64,000 nucleotides of DNA from Ostreococcus lucimarinus. Lineage: Eukaryota. How positions within the stretch are numbered: position 1 is the first letter of the stretch; each line of letters starts with the position of its first letter. The notes under the pieces were generated by a model that did not search any database, was not told the DNA's origin, and was given only the letters and a program-made list of their open reading frames with translations. The DNA lies in the NCBI GenBank assembly GCA_000092065.1, contig CP000589.1; one strand, written 5' to 3'. The translations under genes and the position numbers were made by a program. Positions 38,898-47,293 of this stretch are shown here, in pieces.

Positions 38898-40187
38898 CTA
38901 TTTGCTCTCGACGCGCGCGCGTCGCTCCTCGAACGTCGCCTCGGTGGGTCTGTCGCTCAGGCGCTGGTGACGAGATTTCGCAACGCTCACGTTTCCCGCG
39001 CACGTCACGGCTGCGAGTTCGCGCGCGAGCGCAGAGCCATCGCGATCGTTGGCACTCGCAGCGCGCGTACGGTGCGCGCGCGAGCGCGCCAGATGCGCCC
39101 AAATTTCCTCTTGAATCGCCGCGCGAACGCGTTGCGCGTGCATCTGGCCGGCGACGTGCGTCTCGAGTTGCGCCAACGCGCTGTCGCTCACGTGCATGCG
39201 CTCGGCATCCAAACGCGCCTTGTCGTACCCACTTCGCCAAAGTAAAAGCGCGTGCTCGGGCGCCATCGGGTACTGCGGCTTTCTCGGCGTGCGTTCGAGA
39301 TCGAGCAACTCGGTCACGACGGTCGGAGATTCGTGACCGAGACCAACCATAAATAACACAGACGCCATGCACCGCACTTGATGCCACAAGAATGCGGTGC
39401 CTCGAACGTTGATGTACATCAGTTTTCCATCGTGCGACTCCTCGATCGTGCACTCGAGCACGTTTCGCGTGAAACTCTTTACGTTTTCCGCGTCCATGCG
39501 ACAAAAGTTTCTAAAATCGTGCACACCCTCAAACGCGCGCGCGGCCTCGCGCATGGCGCCCAAGTCTAATCCATTCGTCTTTTCAAAGAAGTATTTGTAC
39601 TGGCGCCACTCGCAATCGAACCGGGCGTTCAACTCATCATCCACCGGCGCCCATCCCAACGCTCGCACGTCGTTCGGCAGCGCGCGGTTCAGCAGCGCCA
39701 CGTAATCTAATTCCTCATCCACGCCTTCCGCCCCGTTCGAGCGCGCGCGCAGCGTCACAATTTGTCCCAATCCCGACACTCCGCGATCGGTGCGACCGCA
39801 CCGCGCGTAATCCGCGACTTTGAACACGTCGCGCGCGCTCTCCACGAGCTTCGTCTTCGCCAACGCGTCGAACAGCGCCTGTTCCACCGTCCGCGGCGCC
39901 GCCGCGTTCGCCGCGCCCTGGCTCGCGAAACCGTGATAATCCCATCCCAGGTAGCACACGTGCAGGGCGATCTTGCGCGCGGCGTGCTTGCTGAAGTCGA
40001 ACGCGCGATGTTTCGAGACGCCTCGGGCCGGCGGCGTCGGCGGCGAACGAAGCGCCGCGACGCGCGCGGCGATGCGCTCGACTCGACGCGGGTCGAGCGA
40101 CGCGGCGGTGCTATCGCTCGTCGACGCCGCGAGGCACTCGGCCTCGATGTCGTCGAGCGCGCGCTCGATGTCGTCGAGCGCGCGCAT
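38898..40187 (-). CDS. PUS3: tRNA pseudouridine synthase, TruA family (Pus3/Deg1-like)
   Basis: KIALHVCYLGWDYHGFASQ, the catalytic-Asp loop ARCGRTDRGVSGLGQIV, and HDFRNFC. The N-terminus carries a 21-bp in-frame tandem duplication (RALDDIE x2). Confidence 0.8.
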   Translation of the reverse strand: MRALDDIERALDDIEAECLAASTSDSTAASLDPRRVERIAARVAALRSPPTPPARGVSKHRAFDFSKHAARKIALHVCYLGWDYHGFASQGAANAAAPRTVEQALFDALAKTKLVESARDVFKVADYARCGRTDRGVSGLGQIVTLRARSNGAEGVDEELDYVALLNRALPNDVRALGWAPVDDELNARFDCEWRQYKYFFEKTNGLDLGAMREAARAFEGVHDFRNFCRMDAENVKSFTRNVLECTIEESHDGKLMYINVRGTAFLWHQVRCMASVLFMVGLGHESPTVVTELLDLERTPRKPQYPMAPEHALLLWRSGYDKARLDAERMHVSDSALAQLETHVAGQMHAQRVRAAIQEEIWAHLARSRAHRTRAASANDRDGSALARELAAVTCAGNVSVAKSRHQRLSDRPTEATFEERRARVESK

Positions 40188-40265
40188 CGAGAAGTGCGGC
40201 GTCGCGACGCGCTCGTTCGCGGCTTCACGATTCCATTACCTAACGCGCGTTCTACGAAAGCGCGG

Positions 40266-41450
40266 CTAAAATCTCGCTAAAATCTCGAGGAGAATCGGTT
40301 GGACTTTCTTCCGACTCGCCTTGACGTCGAGCTGCGCGCGCGCGGATTTGAACACGCCGAAGTCGTTTTCGGGAAGACGCAGCGGCGCGAGCGGCGTTCG
40401 CTCGCCCAAGTCGCGCATGACGGCTTCGAGCTCGATCGAGCACGCGCTCGATTTCGTGACATCGATCTGACGCGCGAACGCGCCGTCGGCGTCGGCGTCT
40501 TCGAACGAGGACATCATAAATAACACGTCGATGCGCCGCGCGTCGACGAAGGCGACGATTTCATCGTTGACGGATGAAGCGTCCTGTCGCGCCAGCAAAT
40601 CCTGAAACCGCACGCCGAACGACGCGATGCCGACCTCGAGCGACCCCATCGTCCACTGCTTGTAATCTTTCGCCAAGAGTTGCGCGCACGAAAACGAGCT
40701 CTGATCGTGACGCGCGCGAGAGAGCGATTCGTACTCCGCTCGCGTCGCGTCCTCGTCCCATCCCAAAATATCTCGCAGCGATTCCGCAGCGGCAAAGTCC
40801 ACGGGTGCCGCCCGCGTCGTCGTCGCGTCCAGCATTCTCGTGTCCAACACGATCGCTCCCAGAAGCAAACGCGCGACGTCTCGCGCGACGCCCTCGTCCG
40901 CGGCTTTCGCCACGACGTCCCTGTACACCAAACTCGAGCACGATCCGATCAACTCGATGACCCTATCCGCCCGTTCCGCGTACATCCCCGAATCCTCGTG
41001 ATGATCAATCACCCGAACCACGCGCGCTTGCCACGCGTCCGGAAACAACCGCGCGCTCAGCGCGTTATGATCCACCAACGTCACGCTTCGCGGCGTCGCC
41101 TTCGTCGCCGCCGCCGCGACGTCCTCCGCGCACGTCAAATCGCCCAACTTCACCCCCGCGTTCGCCAGCGCCAAGACCACGTCGGGTCGTAATTTCAGTT
41201 CTTCCCTCGCGCACGACACGATCGGCACCGCGCGCGTTTCGCGCTCGCCATCGTCGCGTCCGCGCTTCGCGCTCGCCGCTCGCGCCGTCGCCACCGCGCA
41301 CGCCACCGAGTCCAAATCGCACGCCTCGTTCCCCACGCTCACGTCGCACGCCCCCGGATCGCGCGCGAACGCCTCCTTGGCGTCGCGCAGGAACGTTCGC
41401 AGCGCGTTCGCCTCGCGCGCGCCGTCGTCGACGTTCGCGCGCGTCGCCAT
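40266..41450 (-). CDS. PPX1: DHH-family exopolyphosphatase (PPX1/prune-like)
   Basis: DHH motifs VGNEACDLDSVACA and VIDHHED, a Gly-rich motif VLDTRML, and KDYKQW (yeast PPX1 KDYKQF). Colinear with yeast Ppx1 over ~390 aa. Confidence 0.8.
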   Translation of the reverse strand: MATRANVDDGAREANALRTFLRDAKEAFARDPGACDVSVGNEACDLDSVACAVATARAASAKRGRDDGERETRAVPIVSCAREELKLRPDVVLALANAGVKLGDLTCAEDVAAAATKATPRSVTLVDHNALSARLFPDAWQARVVRVIDHHEDSGMYAERADRVIELIGSCSSLVYRDVVAKAADEGVARDVARLLLGAIVLDTRMLDATTTRAAPVDFAAAESLRDILGWDEDATRAEYESLSRARHDQSSFSCAQLLAKDYKQWTMGSLEVGIASFGVRFQDLLARQDASSVNDEIVAFVDARRIDVLFMMSSFEDADADGAFARQIDVTKSSACSIELEAVMRDLGERTPLAPLRLPENDFGVFKSARAQLDVKASRKKVQPILLEILARF

Positions 41451-41681
41451 TCGTTCGTTCGTTCGTTCGCGCGCGCGTCTCGCGCGCGCGCGCGCGCCGA
41501 CGCGCCGAAGCGCGACGGTCGAGGACGCGCGCGCGCGCGTGGTCGCCGTCGCGCCCGCGCGCGCGCGTCGCGTTCGCGTCCGCGCGACGCCGCGCGCGTG
41601 AGTGCGGTCGTCGCCTCACACATCGCGACTCGCCGCGCGCGCCGCGCCGCGCCGCGCCGCGCGACGCGCGCGAGCGACGAC

Positions 41682-43283
41682 ATGACCGTCGCGCGCGACG
41701 CCGACGCGCGCCCGCGCGCGCGCGCGGCGACGGAGAGCCTGAAGCGGGCGCAAGAGGCGATTTGGGAAATCTTAGCCTCGGCCGATTCGAGCGACGACGA
41801 CGACGCGTCGAGCGACGCGCCGGACGAATCGATCGCGCGCGAGCGGTCGACGTTCGATATCGCGTCGCCCGCGGGAGCGGCGCGGGAAGGCGCGCGCGAG
41901 GCGGGGACGGGGACGCCGGTGGGCGCGCGACTGGACGCCGCGGCGCTGGCGCTGGAGCGGCGGCGCGCGGAGGCGCTGGACGCGGCGGCGAGCGATGAAC
42001 GCGCGGCGGCGATGGAACTGAGAGAGGCGCGAGAGGCGTTGGAGCGCGCGCAGACGACGGGGCGAGGGCTGGAGGCGCTGGAACGCGCGGTGGCGGAGAG
42101 GGATTTGGAGATATTTAAGCGGGACGACGAGTTGCGAGCGCTCAGAGAGGAAGTCGGGCGGTTGCGGACGCGCGAGGACGACGCGGGAGAGACGATGATG
42201 GTGAGCGCGTCGATAGCGGATGCGAATACGCGCGCGGCGAACGCGGAGGAGGGCGCGAGGGCGATGCGTGAGGCGCTGAAGGACGCGGAGACGAAGAACG
42301 CGCGCGAACGCGCGGCGCTCATGGATGAGCTTCGCGAGTCGCGCGCGCTGGCGGCCAAACACGCGAGAGAGGCGCACGCGCGCGAGGAGGCGAACGCGTC
42401 GAGCAGTGGACGCATCGATGAGGTGGTTTTCATGAGGAAAGAGCTGGACGCGATGGCGAAGAAGGTATCCATCGCCGAAGCCGTTGCCGAGAAGCTCGAA
42501 AGAATCGTCGCCCAAAAATCAGAAGAGGTGTTCAACGCAACGCAAGAGCGAGACGCGCTGCGAAAGAAGCTGAAGACGACGAGCGAGACGATAGATTCGC
42601 TGGAGCGCGAGTGGCTTGAGTTCAATCGCCAAGGTCTGAGCGCGCAAAAAGCGCTGAGCGCCGAAAACGAAGAGCTACACAAGATTGTCGACGACTTGAA
42701 ATCCGCCGAAAAAGATGGCTTCGCCGAAGCCGCGGGCGAAATAGAAGAGTTGAAGGCGCGATTGCGGACGTTTGAGAGCGAATCTGGCGTATCCAACAGA
42801 AGTGTCGATAGAAATCTCGCGCGCGAGTCCATCACATCCTTGAGATCCAAGGTGCGCGAGCTCAAGGGCGACATCGAAGCCAAGGACGCCCAAATCGAAG
42901 ACTTGCGAAACGCGCTGTCGCAAAAGTCCATCATCGAAGCCGTGAACGCGGAGAAGGATGCCGTCATCACCGCGCTGCAAGCACAAATCAACGCGAGTAA
43001 CTCTGCCGCACCTCGATCGGATTCTGAATTCGCCGTGTCCACGCAGAACGACGGCGATATCGACGTCTTGGATGAGTTACAAACCGTCGCGAAGACGCTT
43101 CGTCGAGAAAACGCGGGGCTGCGGCGAGAACTCGAAGACGTCGACCCGGACGTTCTAGAAGAGTGCATCGCGCTGAGTCGACGCGTGACGGCTCAAAACT
43201 CTCTACTCGCGAGCTACGAGGAGCGCTTGGTGCGCTACACCGACCAACTAGGGATTCCGTTCACGCCCGAGGCGCGCCCGTAG
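41682..43283 (+). CDS. long coiled-coil protein
   Basis: About 530 aa of heptad-rich Ala/Glu/Arg/Lys/Leu sequence with no globular domain. Start set to ATG 41682 (MTVARDAD); track ORF starts at 41598. Confidence 0.5.
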   Translation: MTVARDADARPRARAATESLKRAQEAIWEILASADSSDDDDASSDAPDESIARERSTFDIASPAGAAREGAREAGTGTPVGARLDAAALALERRRAEALDAAASDERAAAMELREAREALERAQTTGRGLEALERAVAERDLEIFKRDDELRALREEVGRLRTREDDAGETMMVSASIADANTRAANAEEGARAMREALKDAETKNARERAALMDELRESRALAAKHAREAHAREEANASSSGRIDEVVFMRKELDAMAKKVSIAEAVAEKLERIVAQKSEEVFNATQERDALRKKLKTTSETIDSLEREWLEFNRQGLSAQKALSAENEELHKIVDDLKSAEKDGFAEAAGEIEELKARLRTFESESGVSNRSVDRNLARESITSLRSKVRELKGDIEAKDAQIEDLRNALSQKSIIEAVNAEKDAVITALQAQINASNSAAPRSDSEFAVSTQNDGDIDVLDELQTVAKTLRRENAGLRRELEDVDPDVLEECIALSRRVTAQNSLLASYEERLVRYTDQLGIPFTPEARP

Positions 43284-43348
43284 CTTTCGTCGGCGTCGGC
43301 GTAGCCGTGTTGTAACCGCCCTCCATCGCGCGGCGCACCTCGCGCGCC

Positions 43349-44623
43349 ATGGCGAACAACCGAAACGCATCGCCGACTCGAGTCGAAGGAACAATCGCGC
43401 GCGACCGCGGCGACGTGTCGTCGCGCGCGACCGCGACCTCGAGCGCGTCCGCGCGCGACGCGAAGGTCGCCGCCGCCGGCGCTCGAATGCGCGACGTCGC
43501 CGAGGCCGACGACGCGCCGCCGAGGCCGTGGCGACCGGACGACGACGGCGCGGGCGGTGATGACGCGCGCGCGGACGTCGACGACCCGGACGAGTGGTTG
43601 CGCGGACAACTCGCGGGCATGCCCATCGAGAAGGATTACCCAGAGCTCGTCGACGCCGCCGTGCGGTGCATGGGCGAGTGGAAGAAGCGCATGCCGAAGA
43701 GCGTGTGGTTGCGCGTGACGAAATCGGGAAGGTTAGCGAAGGAACTGAACGAGTCCGCGCCGGTGCTGGCGAAAACGATGGAGTACGTGCGGGATATAGA
43801 TGTGCGGACGCCGAGCGAACGCGTCGTCGTCGTGGACTTGTGCTCGGGATTCGGATACCTGGCGATGTTTCTTTCTGAGATTTTGCCAAAGGAGAAAGTG
43901 GCGGAGATCGTGCTGGTTGATAAGATGTGGAGCATGATGAACCGGACACCTAAGCCGCATCACATCTCGTGGAGTCACATTTACGGTGAAGGCGATTGGA
44001 AGTACGATTGGCCAATTGAACTGTCGACGCGAAAAGTTGATTTAAAGGATTACGCCCAGGTGAATCAGATGAGCGTGCACTTGTTCTCACGTTGGAACGG
44101 ACCGTTCATCGTGCTTGGAATCCATCTGTGCGGTACGCTTTCCATCAAAGCGGTGGAAATGTTCAACAAAAACTCCAACGTGAAGCACTTGATTTTGAAG
44201 CCCTGTTGTCTTCCCGATTGGTCGTGGACGTACCGCGCCGAAAGCGGATACTTCCCGCCCGTGGGCGCGCATAAACACTTGATCCCGACGAAGGCGGTGT
44301 GTAGCAAAGGGAAATGGAAGAAAAACAAATGGATTGGCCCACCGCGATCGCATTTGAAGATAAAGTTTGAGTCCTGGAACGATCACTTGTGTCGATCGAT
44401 CAACGACGAAGACGGCAATATTTCGACAAGCTTGCAGGAAATTCAGGTGCAAGCGAGCCACTTTCAAAACCTCTTCATATTCGGCGATCGCCAGCGTATC
44501 CGAAAGTGCCACGTCCGCGAGGCAACGGGCGTCGAATTTCCGACGCCAAGCGGCGTCGACGCCAAACGCTGGTCTCCGACGGGAACCGGCTACGGCACGC
44601 ACACACGAACGCTAGCGAACTAG
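43349..44623 (+). CDS. class I SAM-dependent methyltransferase, TRM13/Methyltransf_32-like
   Basis: Motif I VVVDLCSGFGYLAMFLSE and the downstream GIHLCGTLSIKAVEMF (compare TRM13 GKHLCGxATDL). The 3' 700 bp have conspicuously lower GC. True start may be a downstream ATG (for example MRDVAEADD at ~43487). Confidence 0.6.
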   Translation: MANNRNASPTRVEGTIARDRGDVSSRATATSSASARDAKVAAAGARMRDVAEADDAPPRPWRPDDDGAGGDDARADVDDPDEWLRGQLAGMPIEKDYPELVDAAVRCMGEWKKRMPKSVWLRVTKSGRLAKELNESAPVLAKTMEYVRDIDVRTPSERVVVVDLCSGFGYLAMFLSEILPKEKVAEIVLVDKMWSMMNRTPKPHHISWSHIYGEGDWKYDWPIELSTRKVDLKDYAQVNQMSVHLFSRWNGPFIVLGIHLCGTLSIKAVEMFNKNSNVKHLILKPCCLPDWSWTYRAESGYFPPVGAHKHLIPTKAVCSKGKWKKNKWIGPPRSHLKIKFESWNDHLCRSINDEDGNISTSLQEIQVQASHFQNLFIFGDRQRIRKCHVREATGVEFPTPSGVDAKRWSPTGTGYGTHTRTLAN

Positions 44624-44670
44624 AATGTGAAACGAACAAAACATTAGCTGAAATCGACAACGCTACTCCG

Positions 44671-45333
44671 CTACGACTGAAAAATCTCGGGCTTTAAAAT
44701 CCCAACGAACGGCAACTCGCGGTACTTCCCTCGATAATCCAACCCGTACCCCACGACGAATTCGTCCGGACACATGAACGCCGCCGCGATTTTCATATCC
44801 TTTTCCCGCATCCACTTCGCGCACGCCTCGTCCCGTCTCGCCTGTTTATCCATCAACGCGATGACCGCCACCTCCTCCGCCCCTCTCGCGTACAATTCCT
44901 TCGCCAACGCCACCACCGTCTTCCCCGTATCGATTATATCCTCGATTATCACGCACCGTTTCCCTCGCACCGTCGCCTCGCTCGGCGCGTGCGCCGTCTT
45001 CGCCTCGCCGCTCACCGTTCCGTCCCCGTACGACGCGCACGTCGCGCACGCGATCACCGGTCGATCGTACGGTCGATCGAGCTCCGCGCGCAGCGTCCGC
45101 TGCGTGACGTACGTCTGTCGCAGCAAATCGCTCGCGAACATCATCGCGCCCGTCGTCACCGGGACGAAGACTGAAAACTCATTCATTCGCATCACGACGA
45201 GCGCCGCGAGCGTCTCGAGCGCGCCCTCGATGGCGGTCGCGTCGAAGAGCACGGACGCGACGTCCGGGTCGTCCACGGGGAGCCCCGCGACGCGCGGGAC
45301 GCGATCGGCGGCGTCCGGGATGCGATCGGACAT
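44671..45333 (-). CDS. hypoxanthine-guanine phosphoribosyltransferase
   Basis: PRPP-binding loop RCVIIEDIIDTGKT and the type-I PRTase fold; 220 aa. Track ORF overruns to 45798; start set to ATG 45333 (MSDRIPD). Confidence 0.85.
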   Translation of the reverse strand: MSDRIPDAADRVPRVAGLPVDDPDVASVLFDATAIEGALETLAALVVMRMNEFSVFVPVTTGAMMFASDLLRQTYVTQRTLRAELDRPYDRPVIACATCASYGDGTVSGEAKTAHAPSEATVRGKRCVIIEDIIDTGKTVVALAKELYARGAEEVAVIALMDKQARRDEACAKWMREKDMKIAAAFMCPDEFVVGYGLDYRGKYRELPFVGILKPEIFQS

Positions 45334-45370
45334 CGGCAGTGAGTGACGCGCCGACGGCCGCGCGAGCGCG
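45334..45370. promoter_or_regulatory. 37-bp head-to-head spacer between HGPRT (minus) and GRX3 (plus) start codons
   Basis: The ATG of HGPRT is at 45333 (minus strand) and the ATG of GRX3 is at 45371. Sequence between them: cagtgagtgacgcgccgacggccgcgcgagcgcg. Confidence 0.4.
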
Positions 45371-46369
45371 ATGGCGACCGAGCTCGCGAGCGCCGAGGCG
45401 TACGACGCGTGGATCGCGGCGAACGCGCGCGGGATCGTGCACTTCTGGGCGCCGTGGTGCGAGCCGTGCGCGGCGATGGACGTGCTGCTGGAGACGCTCG
45501 CGAAAAGGCACCCGGACGTGGCGATCGCGAGGTGCGACGCGGAGGCGGTGGAGGCGGTCGCGGCGCGCGAAAACGTGAGCGCGGTGCCGTTCTTCGTGTT
45601 CGCGCGCGATGGAAGACGCGTGGACGCGGTGGAGGGAGCGGACGCGGCGACGGTGACGAATAAGACGCGACAGTACTTTCCGGCGAACGCGAACGCGACG
45701 ACGACGACGAACGCGGCGATGGCGAAGGCGAGCGGGACGACGGATTTAAAGACGCGATTGAAGAGCCTGATCGAATCGCAGCCCGTGGTGTTGTTCATGA
45801 AGGGTCACCCCGAAGAGCCGAAGTGTGGGTTCAGTCGTAAAGTCGTCGACGCGTTGGCGGCTGCGAATGTGAAATTCGGTTCGTTCAACATCTTAGCCGA
45901 CGAGGAGGTGCGGCAAGGGCTGAAAGAACACGCCGATTGGCCGACGTATCCGATGTTGTTCGTCGACGGTGAGTTTGTCGGTGGATGCGACATCGTCTTG
46001 GAGATGGCGGAGGCGGGCGAGCTCGCCGAGGCGTGCGCGGCGTCGAACGGCAAAGTGAAGAACGCTCTGGACGAGCGCATCAAGAGCATGCTCGGCGCGC
46101 AAGACGTCATCCTGTTCATGAAGGGATCGCGCGAGGCGCCGCGATGCGGCTTTTCCGCAAAAGTCGTCAGCGCGTTGAACGCGACTGGCGTCGACTACGA
46201 AACGTTTGACATTCTCGGCGACGAACCGATTCGTCAGGGACTCAAGGCGTATTCCAATTGGCCCACGTACCCGCAACTGTACTACAAATCCGAACTCATC
46301 GGCGGATGCGACATCATTCTCGAGCTCGCCGAATCCGGCGAACTCGCGAGCGAGCTCGGCGTTAAATAG
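45371..46369 (+). CDS. GRX3: monothiol glutaredoxin Grx3/PICOT type (Trx domain + two CGFS Grx domains)
   Basis: N-terminal thioredoxin-like domain with WAPWCEPC, then two Grx modules each with KCGFS/RCGFS active sites and the WPTYPQLY glutathione-binding motif. Confidence 0.9.
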   Translation: MATELASAEAYDAWIAANARGIVHFWAPWCEPCAAMDVLLETLAKRHPDVAIARCDAEAVEAVAARENVSAVPFFVFARDGRRVDAVEGADAATVTNKTRQYFPANANATTTTNAAMAKASGTTDLKTRLKSLIESQPVVLFMKGHPEEPKCGFSRKVVDALAAANVKFGSFNILADEEVRQGLKEHADWPTYPMLFVDGEFVGGCDIVLEMAEAGELAEACAASNGKVKNALDERIKSMLGAQDVILFMKGSREAPRCGFSAKVVSALNATGVDYETFDILGDEPIRQGLKAYSNWPTYPQLYYKSELIGGCDIILELAESGELASELGVK

Positions 46370-46447
46370 CAGGCGTCGTCGCGACGATGCGTATTATATC
46401 TCTCTCTCCACACTAAAACTCCCTACGTCGCGCTACGTCGCGTCCGC

Positions 46448-47047
46448 CTAAACTACTCCCTCCTCGCTCTCGCGCGCGAAAATCATGTGCGTGCTCTCGT
46501 CCTCATCGTAATTCAAAGCTTCAAAGAATCCGACCAACCGTCTCGGCGCGCGAACGCCGACGTCGTAAATCTCCCGCTCTCTCAACGTCTCACCGAGCGC
46601 GCGCACGATCGCGCCGCCCACTCCCCTCCCTCGCCACTCCTCTCGCACGCACACGCGCTCCACCGTCGCGACGAACGCCCCGTCGGACGCGCACGCCGCG
46701 TATCCGACCAACGCGCCGCTCTCCCTCGCGAACGCCCCCGCGAACGTTCGCTGCGCCTCGGGCGCCGCGATCGCCCGCTCGATCGCGCGCGCGTCCCACG
46801 TCGACGCGCGCGCGTCCTCGCACGCCGCCATCGCGTCCACGACCGCGCGCGCGCGCAGCTCCGCCTCCGTCAGCGCGCGACACTCGACGAGCGCGAGCGC
46901 CTCGCGGTGTCGTCTTCGCGCGCGCGCCGCGCCGTCGTCGCGCGCGAGACCGAGCCAGCGCGCGAGCGACGCGCGCGGCGGCGTCCTCGCGCGCGCGCGC
47001 CGCGCGCGCGCTGCGCCGCGCGCGTCGAGCGCGCGCGCCGCGCGCAT
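46448..47047 (-). CDS. GNAT-family N-acetyltransferase
   Basis: Acetyl-CoA-binding motif A VREEWRGRGVGGAIVRAL within a ~150-aa GNAT fold at the C-terminus. Track ORF overruns to 47746; start set to ATG 47047. Confidence 0.6.
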   Translation of the reverse strand: MRAARALDARGAARARRARARTPPRASLARWLGLARDDGAARARRRHREALALVECRALTEAELRARAVVDAMAACEDARASTWDARAIERAIAAPEAQRTFAGAFARESGALVGYAACASDGAFVATVERVCVREEWRGRGVGGAIVRALGETLREREIYDVGVRAPRRLVGFFEALNYDEDESTHMIFARESEEGVV

Positions 47048-47223
47048 GTCTGCCGAGCCCCCCTCGACGAATCTCGACGAATCGGCGACGCGCGGCGCCG
47101 CACAGCGCGACGCCGTCCATCCCTCGCGGTCACCCGCGGTCGCGCGCGCGTCGCGCGTCGCGCGGCGAACGGCGAACGGCGCCGCGGCGACGAGACGCGG
47201 CGGCGCGGGACGAATCTTCGCGC

Positions 47224-47251
47224 GAAACGAAACGAATCGAATCGAATCGAT
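47224..47251. repeat. (GAAAC)2(GAATC)3-4 pentanucleotide microsatellite
   Basis: gaaacgaaacgaatcgaatcgaatcga lies in the GNAT/PMCA head-to-head spacer, ~50 bp upstream of the PMCA ATG. Coordinates are +/-1. Confidence 0.7.
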
Positions 47252-47293
47252 CGCGAACGATCGACGACGCGCGCCGACGCGGAGTCGCGCGCG

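Noticed and set aside
41339-43168. 609-aa Ser/Ala-rich minus-strand ORF.
   Set aside because: It is exactly antisense to the coiled-coil gene 41682..43283. Reverse-complemented GAG/GCG/AAG codons give Ser/Ala/Leu runs, and there is no domain.
46487-47293. GTG-initiated 269-codon extension of the PMCA ORF.
   Set aside because: It is an Arg-rich sequence antisense to the GNAT gene. P-type ATPase homology starts at ATG 47294 (MTGVNAATFEAWVTDRDG, ahead of the first TM helices).
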